Source: Sulfolobus acidocaldarius DSM 639 (lineage in GTDB: Archaea; Thermoproteota; Thermoprotei_A; Sulfolobales; Sulfolobaceae). Taken from it: DNA of 32,000 bases. Shown here in pieces: positions 1 through 9,195 of the stretch. Every line of letters starts with the position of its first letter. The stretch's first letter is position 1. The stretch is taken from assembly GCF_000012285.1 (NCBI RefSeq), contig NC_007181.1, forward strand, positions 1,140,001-1,172,000. Reading direction: 5' to 3'. Made by a program: the position numbers and the translations under genes. The notes beneath the pieces were generated by a model that was given only the letters and a program-made list of their open reading frames with translations, was not told the DNA's origin and searched no databases.

Positions 1-488
1 TACCAAACGTTGAATATGATCCTGATCAATTCCCAGGATTAATATTTAGGCTTGAATCTCCCAAGATAACCTCATTAATATTTAAATCAGGAAAAATGGT
101 CGTTACTGGAGCTAAAAGTACAGATGAGCTAATAAAGGCTGTAAAACGAATTATAAAAACCCTTAAAAAATATGGAATGCAACTAACAGGAAAACCTAAG
201 ATACAAATACAAAACATAGTCGCATCAGCTAATCTGCACGTTATAGTTAACCTTGATAAAGCAGCATTCCTGCTAGAGAATAACATGTACGAACCAGAGC
301 AGTTCCCAGGTCTAATATATAGAATGGATGAGCCCAGAGTTGTTCTATTAATTTTTAGCAGTGGTAAAATGGTTATTACAGGAGCTAAGAGAGAAGATGA
401 AGTTCATAAGGCTGTTAAAAAAATATTCGATAAACTGGTAGAGTTAGATTGTGTAAAGCCCGTTGAAGAAGAAGAGTTAGAATTTTAA
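1..488 (+). CDS. tbp: TATA-box binding protein, 5' end outside window (reading frame starts at nt 3)
   Basis: The open frame from nt 3 reads [40 protein letters not shown] second direct repeat reads [35 protein letters not shown], which is the characteristic two-repeat TBP fold, followed by an acidic tail. The ORF track only shows it from an internal Met at 96. Confidence 0.95.
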   Translation, partial: PNVEYDPDQFPGLIFRLESPKITSLIFKSGKMVVTGAKSTDELIKAVKRIIKTLKKYGMQLTGKPKIQIQNIVASANLHVIVNLDKAAFLLENNMYEPEQFPGLIYRMDEPRVVLLIFSSGKMVITGAKREDEVHKAVKKIFDKLVELDCVKPVEEEELEF

Positions 489-511
489 GATTGAATTCGT
501 AATAAACGTGA

Positions 512-745
512 TTGAGTATGCTTAAGCATCAGAAATACGTGTACGTTGATATTGGAGATCAGAAAAAATTTTTGAAAGTTAGATTCCTGAAATCCAGGAG
601 TGAAAATAACAATCCTGAGGCGTATGTAATATTAGACAAAATATCAATTAAATTACCTAGAAACGCTAAAGTAATAAAATATGAAGATTTACCTGCAGAA
701 GTAAAGGATAAGTTAAAACTTAAGCTTTCTTCCTCTAAGAAGTAG
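512..745 (+). CDS. Small hypothetical protein with a Lys-rich C-terminus
   Basis: 77-codon ORF (TTG at 512, first ATG at 518). I recognise no family. Its 3' end overlaps the convergent membrane-protein gene by 11 nt. Confidence 0.4.
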   Translation: MSMLKHQKYVYVDIGDQKKFLKVRFLKSRSENNNPEAYVILDKISIKLPRNAKVIKYEDLPAEVKDKLKLKLSSSKK

Positions 746-1799
746 TTGAAGGATTATTAAATTTATATTTTTCTAATAATATTAATAGAATATAAATTCC
801 TATCAGCACTATTGTGGTTATAGATAACGAATAAATTATTTGAAGTTGCAATACCTGAAGACTACTACCTATACTTTTATATATTGTAACCATCATATAA
901 TATATCACTACAGTTGTTATAATTCTATAAATATCATGCCATACTCTTATATTTCTATCTAGAAGCTTAGTTACTGCTCTTCCTCCAAATAATACTACTA
1001 TCCCGAATATCAAGAATGGCATAATAGAAAATAATACCTGGAGAACTCCTAATAAATTATAGGACTTTAATGTAGTAAATACAGAATACCCGTAAACTAT
1101 GCCCAATATCACAGAAAATATAAAAATAATTGAAACTACAACCATTATGGAAGAACTTTTCCATAACTCTTCTACTGTTTCGTCTAACCTTAAACCTCTA
1201 ATTATAAATGCAGCGCCTATGATAATTAGCACGACAGGCGTCGCATATGAAGTTAAATTTAGTATTGAAAGAAGACCTATTATCAGAAGAATTACACCGG
1301 GGACACCTAAAAATATCTTAGAAAATCGAGGTTCAGAAAGAGCCTTTTTTATATATCTACCCAATAAAACATATGTTTCCTCTACAGATCTATACTGCTC
1401 AACTAGAACTCTTTCTATTCCAGCAACCTGCAACCTAGATTCTATTATAGGTATAGCTTTAGCATCCTCTGGGCTATCATAAACTATAATAGCTTTAGTA
1501 GGATTTACAGCTTTTATTACCATATCAAGCTTTTCCGTAAATGCAAGTTGGCTTTCTAAGGAACCCTTTTGAGACCCAGATATTAACGCGATCTCTACAT
1601 CAGAGCCTTCACTTCTAATCTTATTATATATATTATAGGCTACTAACAGCGTATTAAGATCGGAATCTGTCGGTATTTTCTCTTCTGCTATTCTTATAGC
1701 CTTAGCTACTTCCTCTTGGCCAATCACTGGTGTAGAAATCCCAATACTTCCTAGATCATCATCAATATCAACGTATATCACTATTAGTTTGTCCATCAC
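735..1799 (-). CDS. Integral membrane protein with an N-terminal soluble domain (DUF373-like)
   Basis: 354 aa. The N-terminal ~160 aa are soluble (VIYVDIDDDLG, ALISGSQKG), followed by about 6-7 hydrophobic helices. The start lies 32 nt inside the upstream coiled-coil gene, suggesting an operon. The family assignment is from memory only. Confidence 0.7.
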   Translation of the reverse strand: MMDKLIVIYVDIDDDLGSIGISTPVIGQEEVAKAIRIAEEKIPTDSDLNTLLVAYNIYNKIRSEGSDVEIALISGSQKGSLESQLAFTEKLDMVIKAVNPTKAIIVYDSPEDAKAIPIIESRLQVAGIERVLVEQYRSVEETYVLLGRYIKKALSEPRFSKIFLGVPGVILLIIGLLSILNLTSYATPVVLIIIGAAFIIRGLRLDETVEELWKSSSIMVVVSIIFIFSVILGIVYGYSVFTTLKSYNLLGVLQVLFSIMPFLIFGIVVLFGGRAVTKLLDRNIRVWHDIYRIITTVVIYYMMVTIYKSIGSSLQVLQLQIIYSLSITTIVLIGIYILLILLEKYKFNNPSTTS

Positions 1800-2709
1800 T
1801 ATTATCCTTATTATAATAGAGGATTAAAAGTTCATCAAAGGAAAGTCTCTTATTGTTTTTAAGCTTCTCTTCAACCTGTTTTCTCTTGTTTTCCAAAGCT
1901 TCTGAGTTTATTGTACTCCTTAATTGCTGCTCATATAAGTCTGTCACGTTCATATTTCTAACTTCTTCCCTTCTTTTCTTTAATTCCTCTTTTATACGAC
2001 CAATTTCATTTCCCTTCTCGTTTACCTTGGCTGTTAGCTCGTCAATTCTCTTGTTCAAATCTTGTATTTTAGTGTTTAGATCTTCAAGCTCTTTCTGTAT
2101 AACATCTCTTTCAGACTTAAGTTTCTGAAGAAGTTCCTTTTTACTCTTTATCTGTTGGCTTAATTCAAGCATCTTTTGCCTTATAGTAGACAGCTCAACT
2201 CTCTTTGCCAATAACTCTGCTCTATTTTCTGTATTTTTCTCTTTAATCTGTGCAACCTTTTTCGCTACTTCTAGTTTCCTCTCCAGCTCAGCTATTTTAA
2301 TTATTATTTTTTTCTCTTCCTCTAGAGTGAGAGTTGATGTTTGAAGCCTCCATTCTAATTGCTCAATTCTTCTACTTATGGCTGCAGGATCTAACTTATC
2401 TTTTACTTTCGTAACATTCTTTAGTTCTTCAAACTCTTTCTTAATTTCTCCTATAATTTGAATGAGATTCTGTCTCTGTGACTTTAGTTGGGTTATTTCA
2501 TTAATTTTAGATTTGATCTCTTCTCTTATTTGTTGCAACTGCTGTCGAATAGACTTTAGTTTTTCTACTTTCTCTCTTCTTTTTTGCTTAAGCTTCTTGA
2601 CCTCATCTATCAACTGTAATTTTTCTGATTTAAATTTCCTTAGTTCTTCTACAGCTTTAGAATACCTTTCTTGAATTTCGTCTTCTGAAGATGATGTCGC
2701 TTTTGACAT
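1768..2709 (-). CDS. Archaeal coiled-coil protein of unknown function (COG1340-like)
   Basis: 313 aa, almost entirely heptad-like and rich in K/E/L/Q/I. It contains the LDPAAISRRIEQLEWRLQTSTLTLEEEKKII motif typical of this archaeal family. On the minus strand, TATA-like AAATATATA lies about 30-40 nt upstream of the ATG. Confidence 0.75.
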   Translation of the reverse strand: MSKATSSSEDEIQERYSKAVEELRKFKSEKLQLIDEVKKLKQKRREKVEKLKSIRQQLQQIREEIKSKINEITQLKSQRQNLIQIIGEIKKEFEELKNVTKVKDKLDPAAISRRIEQLEWRLQTSTLTLEEEKKIIIKIAELERKLEVAKKVAQIKEKNTENRAELLAKRVELSTIRQKMLELSQQIKSKKELLQKLKSERDVIQKELEDLNTKIQDLNKRIDELTAKVNEKGNEIGRIKEELKKRREEVRNMNVTDLYEQQLRSTINSEALENKRKQVEEKLKNNKRLSFDELLILYYNKDNSDGQTNSDIR

Positions 2710-2904
2710 TCACAGAAAGTATAAGGTAGGAAAGTTATATATTTATCCATTAGATATAAGGGAGCATCGCATTTAGAATGAACCTTACTATAAATCACAC
2801 TAATCTCTGAAATAGACTCTTACTATTTTCACAGATATTTTGTATTAGCCACTTTATTAGATATTAATAAACCATAAAACCCATAATTTCAATCCTAAGC
2901 ACCG

Positions 2905-2935
2905 TAATACCACGCCCTAAATTTAGGTGGTATTA
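2905..2935. promoter_or_regulatory. Perfect 9-bp inverted repeat TAATACCAC-N13-GTGGTATTA abutting the gar1-tfb TATA box
   Basis: The half-sites are at 2905-2913 and 2927-2935. TATA TTATAAAT lies at 2936-2943, about 37 nt upstream of the gar1 GTG (2977). Confidence 0.3.
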
Positions 2936-2976
2936 TTATAAATATTATCTAATATACAAAATGCGAGTTTAATAAT

Positions 2977-3245
2977 GTGAAACAAATAAAGCTTGTTGAA
3001 GCTGGTCGGTTCTACAAAAAGACTCTAAAGGACAAATGGATAATTTTTGGAAATAAACAAATAGACTTTAGTAAACAAGAATATACAGGTAAGGTAATAC
3101 TAGATGAAAAAGGGAATAGAGTAGCTAAAATTCTCGATGTAATTGGTAATGTTAAAGCTCCATATATATTGGCTTATCCATTAACAAAGAGAGAACCAAG
3201 TGGGAAATTATTTATAGAAATAGTGGAGAAAGGGAGGAGAAGAAG

Positions 3246-3249
<4 letters not shown>
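2977..3249 (+). CDS. gar1: H/ACA RNP protein Gar1
   Basis: 90 aa with a GTG start. The core [29 protein letters not shown] matches the Gar1 beta-barrel motif (DVFGPV..PY), and the tail is basic RRRR. The stop overlaps the tfb start (ATGA); gar1-tfb adjacency is common in archaea. Confidence 0.8.
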
Positions 3250-4121
<872 letters not shown>

Positions 4122-4142
4122 AGTCGGAAATAAAGTAAATAA

Positions 4143-4559
4143 ATGGGGAAAGAGAATATATTATTTGGCTCTGGTGATTTTAGATTGGAACTCAGTAGTT
4201 CATCATATGAAGAACTTATTTATCAGAAAATAAAAGAGGCTGGTGATAAAGGAATCCCACAAAGGGATTTAATAAAAAATTTGGGTCTAGATGCACGGGT
4301 CGCAAATACAGTTATTAAGAAACTAATTGAACAGAAAAAGATTAAGAAAAAGTCAATTAAAGAAAATGGAAAGAATGTTATAAAACTATTTCCGAACGAA
4401 GAAGAAAGAATAGTAATTTATGTGAAATTAGAAAATATAGTTGAAGTACCGTGCTTTACATGTAAAAACTTAAGTAAGTGTGGAAATGGAGGAATTACAA
4501 CTCCGTCTTCTTGTTCTATTTTGTCTAAATATATCTTAACTAGTGTTTCTGCTGGATAA
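4143..4559 (+). CDS. tfeB: TFE-beta / RPC34-like winged-helix protein with a C-terminal four-Cys (putative 4Fe-4S) domain
   Basis: 138 aa. It has a winged-helix segment (EELIYQKIKEAGDKGIPQRDLIKNLGLDARVANTVIKKLIEQKKI) followed by CFTC-x5-C-x10-C. This architecture and the position next to tfb match the crenarchaeal RPC34 orthologue later named TFE-beta. Confidence 0.6.
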   Translation: MGKENILFGSGDFRLELSSSSYEELIYQKIKEAGDKGIPQRDLIKNLGLDARVANTVIKKLIEQKKIKKKSIKENGKNVIKLFPNEEERIVIYVKLENIVEVPCFTCKNLSKCGNGGITTPSSCSILSKYILTSVSAG

Positions 4560-5684
4560 CTTCTTAATACACTCTTTAATCTCATCCAAGTTTTTACTTG
4601 TTTTAACTCCTAAAGGATCTAAGTGTGTTCTTGATGCATCGACTAAACAATTAATAACATTATCTCTCCGTGGAACATTAACTCTAGCCAAGGAGGCTAG
4701 AAAATCTATTCTATAATAATTTTCGCTATACTTACTTTCATCTTTAATGGTTAATAAAATAGATTTGAGTTTACTAAATGTCTGAAAATAACTAAATTTG
4801 TCTAGTTCCGAAATCATATTATTTAAAAACTCATAATCTACTAGTGATTCTTTATACGCTGGACCATAAGTCTGCATAACTAAATTGCAATTCGTACATT
4901 TCATTTGCTGCAAATATTCACTTTCAATCCTATATCCACATTTAGGACATTCATAATAATACACGAGCTTCGAAAGTTGCCTATCTACCTTTTTTGCTCC
5001 ACGTTCCACCTTGAAAATAACCCGGTAATAATAGTCATTATAAAAGGAAAAAACTGGGGTAACAGCCTTTTCAACCACTGCTGCTTCTGTTATTGCCTTA
5101 GATATTAGTCCTCTAAGACCTAACTCACGCGAAAAACTCATTTTATTACATATTAGTCCATACTTTCTTCTGGCTGAGGTTTTAGAACTGCACATAAGCG
5201 CCGCAAGATCTGTAGCAGTTATAGCAACGTATTGTTTTGATTTCGCTGCACTAAATGAGCTTAACAAAAATGGTGCAGGCGATCCGAAAGGGTCAATATC
5301 TACGTAATCTACTTTTATCTCATGTAACAACGAGTTGATGTTATTATTATATATTTTAGCCCTACTTTCTAGATCGTTAATCTTAACATTTTTCTTTATA
5401 AGCTCTACTGCATCACTGTCTATATCATTTAATATTATCTCTTCTACACCATTAATTTCTAGACCATACCTTATTCCTCTTACTCCGGTTGCTGAAAGAC
5501 CATCAATTAAAGATTTAGGCTTAACAACATTAGCAGCTAATACGCTTAAATCTCGATTTAAGATCATTTTAGGATTATAAAATACTGGCGCCCAACTGGG
5601 ATCAAATTTTCCATCCTTCATATAATCTTTATAGTTAGGAATTAAAATTCTAGCCTTTCCCTCAATTATTTCAACTAGACTCAT
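4536..5684 (-). CDS. trm1: tRNA (guanine26-N2)-dimethyltransferase Trm1
   Basis: 382 aa. It carries PVFYNPKMILNRD and DIDPFGSPAPFL SAM-MTase motifs and a CPKC...CTNC zinc module typical of archaeal Trm1. Confidence 0.9.
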   Translation of the reverse strand: MSLVEIIEGKARILIPNYKDYMKDGKFDPSWAPVFYNPKMILNRDLSVLAANVVKPKSLIDGLSATGVRGIRYGLEINGVEEIILNDIDSDAVELIKKNVKINDLESRAKIYNNNINSLLHEIKVDYVDIDPFGSPAPFLLSSFSAAKSKQYVAITATDLAALMCSSKTSARRKYGLICNKMSFSRELGLRGLISKAITEAAVVEKAVTPVFSFYNDYYYRVIFKVERGAKKVDRQLSKLVYYYECPKCGYRIESEYLQQMKCTNCNLVMQTYGPAYKESLVDYEFLNNMISELDKFSYFQTFSKLKSILLTIKDESKYSENYYRIDFLASLARVNVPRRDNVINCLVDASRTHLDPLGVKTSKNLDEIKECIKKLSSRNTS

Positions 5685-6588
5685 CTACGACCTTATCTAT
5701 ATCGTTATAAATATACACATTAAAATTCTCCTTTTCATATACCTTAGAGGTTTTAGAAGACTTAGCTATAACTAGCAACTTTGCATTAATTTTAGAGGCT
5801 ATTTTATTGGCTTCATTAAATTTCTTTAATGAATTAGCTAGTGTATTAACCTCAGTACAAAAGATAAGTTTCTCAGAACCCTTAATTGCAGCCATGTCTA
5901 TTGCAGTAAAGTTGAATTTCACGGTCTTATAATTGGCATCAGATAATACTCTGTCTAATTTCTCCAATATCTTTACTTCTTCATTATAGTCAGATTGTAA
6001 CTCCTTTTTCTTTTTTGTATTGCTATCATAATCTTTGATTATATCACCTATAACCTCATCCCCAAAAATCTCAATCAGCTTCTCAGCTACTTCAATAGAA
6101 ACATATGAGTCCTCTTTCTCGTAATCATAGACAGATATCCTAGATACTCCTAATCTCTGAGATAACTCTCCTAAGCTCATGTTCTTCTCTTCTCTTTTTT
6201 CTCTCAATTTCTTAGAATCCACTCTGACAAATATTCCTCCTCTAGTTTTAAGCAAGAATATTTTCTCTCCCCTTAAAGATCTTTCCAGGGTATAGAGATT
6301 CATACTGAATACTCCATCTTTTTCAGATACAACATCGTCCTCAATGTTATCATCTATTATTAAAGGAAGGCTTTCGGTTACCTCTGAGATTTTCTTCAGA
6401 TCAAAGAGAATTCTAAAATTTCTTCTATCACTAGTAGAATTATTTATTTTAAGTACTAGAATTCTTCTTTTATCATTTTGCTCTTCAGTTATTATATCTA
6501 TTGATTTCTTCTTCTCAGGATAATCTATTATTGAATAATTTATTGTATTCCTACTCAGCAAATTTGCCACATCAGAAATAGTAACCAT
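5671..6588 (-). CDS. Putative HTH-type (XRE-like) transcriptional regulatory protein, archaeal ~300-aa family
   Basis: 305 aa with a central HTH, MSLGELSQRLGVSRISVYDYEKE. The overall layout resembles the conserved archaeal 'putative HTH-type transcriptional regulatory protein' family. It overlaps both neighbours (17 nt and 14 nt). Confidence 0.75.
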   Translation of the reverse strand: MVTISDVANLLSRNTINYSIIDYPEKKKSIDIITEEQNDKRRILVLKINNSTSDRRNFRILFDLKKISEVTESLPLIIDDNIEDDVVSEKDGVFSMNLYTLERSLRGEKIFLLKTRGGIFVRVDSKKLREKREEKNMSLGELSQRLGVSRISVYDYEKEDSYVSIEVAEKLIEIFGDEVIGDIIKDYDSNTKKKKELQSDYNEEVKILEKLDRVLSDANYKTVKFNFTAIDMAAIKGSEKLIFCTEVNTLANSLKKFNEANKIASKINAKLLVIAKSSKTSKVYEKENFNVYIYNDIDKVVDESS

Positions 6589-7000
6589 CCCTGCCTTCCT
6601 CTGTTATAATATTTCCTACACTACTTATTGTTATGAATATCAGTGACTTATATTCTTTTATAAGTTTTTCCACATCACCTGTGCTTAAAAAAGTATTTTT
6701 GATTTCTTTTTGTAATATAATAGATAAAGACCTCACTTCCCACTGACTTCCACTTACCGCATACTCTCCAGTATTTAAAGTCTTAACAACAATGAATGGC
6801 AATTTGACTAAATCCCATAAGTATATAGGAAGAACTTGTGATAATTTTTCAACTTCTAACTTATCAAACCTATGTCTCAAATCTTTACTTTTTAATCTTA
6901 TGCTGAGTTTGCCGTTCAATGCGTCTTTTAAGGTAACAAATTCATCAGGATAATAAGAAAGTAAGCTTTTGAAGCCAAGATCAAAAACCTTATCTATCAT
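6572..7000 (-). CDS. Conserved archaeal protein of unknown function (UPF0216/DUF61-like)
   Basis: 142 aa. It lies 4 nt downstream of flpA and overlaps the next gene. The pattern ...RHRFDKLEVEKLSQVLPIYLWDLVKLPFIVV...GEYAVSG resembles DUF61 proteins; the assignment is from memory. Confidence 0.5.
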   Translation of the reverse strand: MIDKVFDLGFKSLLSYYPDEFVTLKDALNGKLSIRLKSKDLRHRFDKLEVEKLSQVLPIYLWDLVKLPFIVVKTLNTGEYAVSGSQWEVRSLSIILQKEIKNTFLSTGDVEKLIKEYKSLIFITISSVGNIITEEGRDGYYF

Positions 7001-7004
7001 CAGA

Positions 7005-7700
7005 TCACTTATACTTTACTACTATCATGGCGTGGTCTTTATCGTAGGGATCTAATTCAAGAACCTCTCTAATGTCAAAACCAGCATCTTCCAACTTCTT
7101 AGCTTCTGCATTATAAATCTCCCTAGGATCTTTGGTAACATCTATGCTTCTTGATTTTATTGCAATCATCATATACCCATTCTTCTTTAGAAAGAATCTA
7201 GCATTATACATTGCTATTTCAGTCTCGTTGGGCTGAGCTATATCGACATAAACTATGTCTACATTCTCAACTAATGACTTATAATATTGCGGAAATCTTG
7301 CATCTGCAAGAATAGGAAACATATTAGGTCTATACTGAGCAACAAGAAGTAATTCTCTAATTACTCTCGGGGAGAATTCTACACTATATACTTTACCCTG
7401 TAATTCAACAATATCTGATATATGGCTCGGAGTTGTTCCAGATGCAGCACCTAAATACAGAATTTTTGAACCCTTCACTATAGGATTATATTTTAGACCT
7501 TTAACTATAGCTCCCGCAAGCTTGCTTCTAAATGCATTCCATTCTCTATACTCAACTCCACCATACTTTATTAATCTTTCACCATAAACATTGTGACCAG
7601 GTGATAAGTTTTTAGTACATAATCTAGTAGTCCCATCATTAAATATGCATTCATATACATTATCGAATTGCGTCTTTGTAACTTTTTCGATTTCAGACAT
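7005..7700 (-). CDS. flpA: Fibrillarin-like rRNA/tRNA 2'-O-methyltransferase
   Basis: 231 aa. Motifs are YGERLI...[19 protein letters not shown] motif [19 protein letters not shown], and [11 protein letters not shown]. The start abuts the nop5 stop with no spacer. Confidence 0.95.
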   Translation of the reverse strand: MSEIEKVTKTQFDNVYECIFNDGTTRLCTKNLSPGHNVYGERLIKYGGVEYREWNAFRSKLAGAIVKGLKYNPIVKGSKILYLGAASGTTPSHISDIVELQGKVYSVEFSPRVIRELLLVAQYRPNMFPILADARFPQYYKSLVENVDIVYVDIAQPNETEIAMYNARFFLKKNGYMMIAIKSRSIDVTKDPREIYNAEAKKLEDAGFDIREVLELDPYDKDHAMIVVKYK

Positions 7701-8942
7701 TTATCTCCTTCCCTCTTTTTTACCTCTTCTCTTATCCTTCTTATTCTTTCTCTCTTTTTTACCTTTCTGTTCCACTTTTTGCTCTTGTTTTCTTGGGGGT
7801 GGTTGAGCATACTTTTCTCTTATCTCGTCTATTCTCTTCTTCAATTCTTCATTTAACTTATTACCTATGAATTTTCCGCTGAAGTAGTCCACCCTAGCAG
7901 CAATAGCTAATTTAGCTGCCAACGCTCTTGCTATTTTTCCTCTTTGCCATCTGGGTGAGTTATGTATTGCAGGGTATTGGAATATCACACCGTGCTTTGG
8001 TGGTCTTCCGCCCTTTCTTAAAGCCCTAAATAAAGCTTTCTCAGCGCCAAGAACTTGTATAGTACTTGCAGGCATCTTTGCTAAATCTTCTAAACTTCCG
8101 GCTAAACTTAGAAGCCTGGCACCTAATGTAGGTCCAACCAGCGAAGTAACATTTGGAGCTACTTCACGCATTACTGACTCCGTATAATCAGTAAGCTCTA
8201 ATCTTTCTTCATATAATTTTAATATGATATCACTTAGCGTCTTAACTGATTTTATGTCTACATCAGTTATATCTGCTCCAATGCTGTTTTTTGCAGCATT
8301 CATTATTTTCTCTATTTTTTCTTTGTTTAAACCTATTTCTTCTAAACCAGTATCTGATAAATTATCCCTATGTCCGAATTTGGAAATTATACTCGCATAG
8401 AGCCAATGATCCTCAATTAACTTATCAAGTTCAGGAAAATGAATACTATACCATTCTCTTAGTCTCTCTGAAAATAAATTAATAGTTTTATCTATATCGT
8501 CTATTGCTCTAATTGCCTGAATTGCTAATAGATCTCTTTTACTTGCCGCACCTCTTAACTTTCTTCTAGTATATTCCATTGATAACTCATAAAGGAAATT
8601 GTACAACTCATCCTCTGAATTCACTATTTTCGTTTGAATAGCTACATTTACTAGATTTTCTCTAAATATCTCAGTTCCCATATTACGTATCTCTGAAGAA
8701 GCCTTAATACCAAGCTTCTGGAGAGCAGGTACCTCTGCGTCATTTTCCACGACCACTTGATCTGGCTTAAGCTTATTTATAAGTTCAATTGCGCTCGGTA
8801 ATGGTGTTCCTTTCTCGTTTTCAATTAAAGCTTCAGTAACTTTTCCAATATCTTTACTATTTGGTACAAAATCTATTAATTTTCCGCTCTCGTCATATCC
8901 AAACGATCCTATTGCATGTTCCACTAAATATATCTTCATCAA
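7701..8942 (-). CDS. nop5: C/D box sRNP core protein Nop5 (Nop56/58 homologue)
   Basis: 413 aa with the Nop domain ([53 protein letters not shown]) and a lysine-rich KKE-like C-terminal tail. Confidence 0.95.
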   Translation of the reverse strand: MMKIYLVEHAIGSFGYDESGKLIDFVPNSKDIGKVTEALIENEKGTPLPSAIELINKLKPDQVVVENDAEVPALQKLGIKASSEIRNMGTEIFRENLVNVAIQTKIVNSEDELYNFLYELSMEYTRRKLRGAASKRDLLAIQAIRAIDDIDKTINLFSERLREWYSIHFPELDKLIEDHWLYASIISKFGHRDNLSDTGLEEIGLNKEKIEKIMNAAKNSIGADITDVDIKSVKTLSDIILKLYEERLELTDYTESVMREVAPNVTSLVGPTLGARLLSLAGSLEDLAKMPASTIQVLGAEKALFRALRKGGRPPKHGVIFQYPAIHNSPRWQRGKIARALAAKLAIAARVDYFSGKFIGNKLNEELKKRIDEIREKYAQPPPRKQEQKVEQKGKKERKNKKDKRRGKKEGRR

Positions 8943-8969
8943 TTCTCACTTACTCTATTATTACTTAAG

Positions 8970-8976
8970 TTTAAAT
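8970..8976. promoter_or_regulatory. Near-palindromic TATA element (TTTAAAT) in the 57-bp nop5 / rps30e divergent spacer
   Basis: Its centre is 27 nt from the rps30e ATG (9000) and 31 nt from the nop5 ATG (8942). It is the only strong A/T box at promoter distance for either gene. Confidence 0.4.
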
Positions 8977-8999
8977 TTTTCCGCTGACTATTAATATAT

Positions 9000-9164
9000 A
9001 TGCCTTCGCACGGTTCATTAACAAAGGCAGGCAAAGTAAGAAACGCAACACCTAAAATGCAAAAGAAAGAGAAACATAAAGAAGTTCCTAGGGTTAGAAA
9101 TAGATTAGAGTATGAGAAAAGAGTCTTAAAGTCAGGTCAACAAAGTAGAGCAGTGGCAAGGTAA
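9000..9164 (+). CDS. rps30e: 30S ribosomal protein eS30 (S30e)
   Basis: My own translation is [54 protein letters not shown]. The [14 protein letters not shown] and RVRNR..YE.R motifs are diagnostic for eS30. At 54 aa it is below the ORF-track cutoff. Confidence 0.85.
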   Translation: MPSHGSLTKAGKVRNATPKMQKKEKHKEVPRVRNRLEYEKRVLKSGQQSRAVAR

Positions 9165-9195
9165 TTTTTTAGTTTGTGTAACTCTCTTTTTATAA

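Noticed and set aside
7571-7856. 79-aa minus-strand ORF (7571-7810) and 62-aa plus-strand ORF (7668-7856) across the nop5/flpA junction.
   Set aside because: They are alternative-frame or antisense readings of the Lys-rich nop5 tail and the flpA N-terminus. Both real genes have diagnostic motifs in the other frame.
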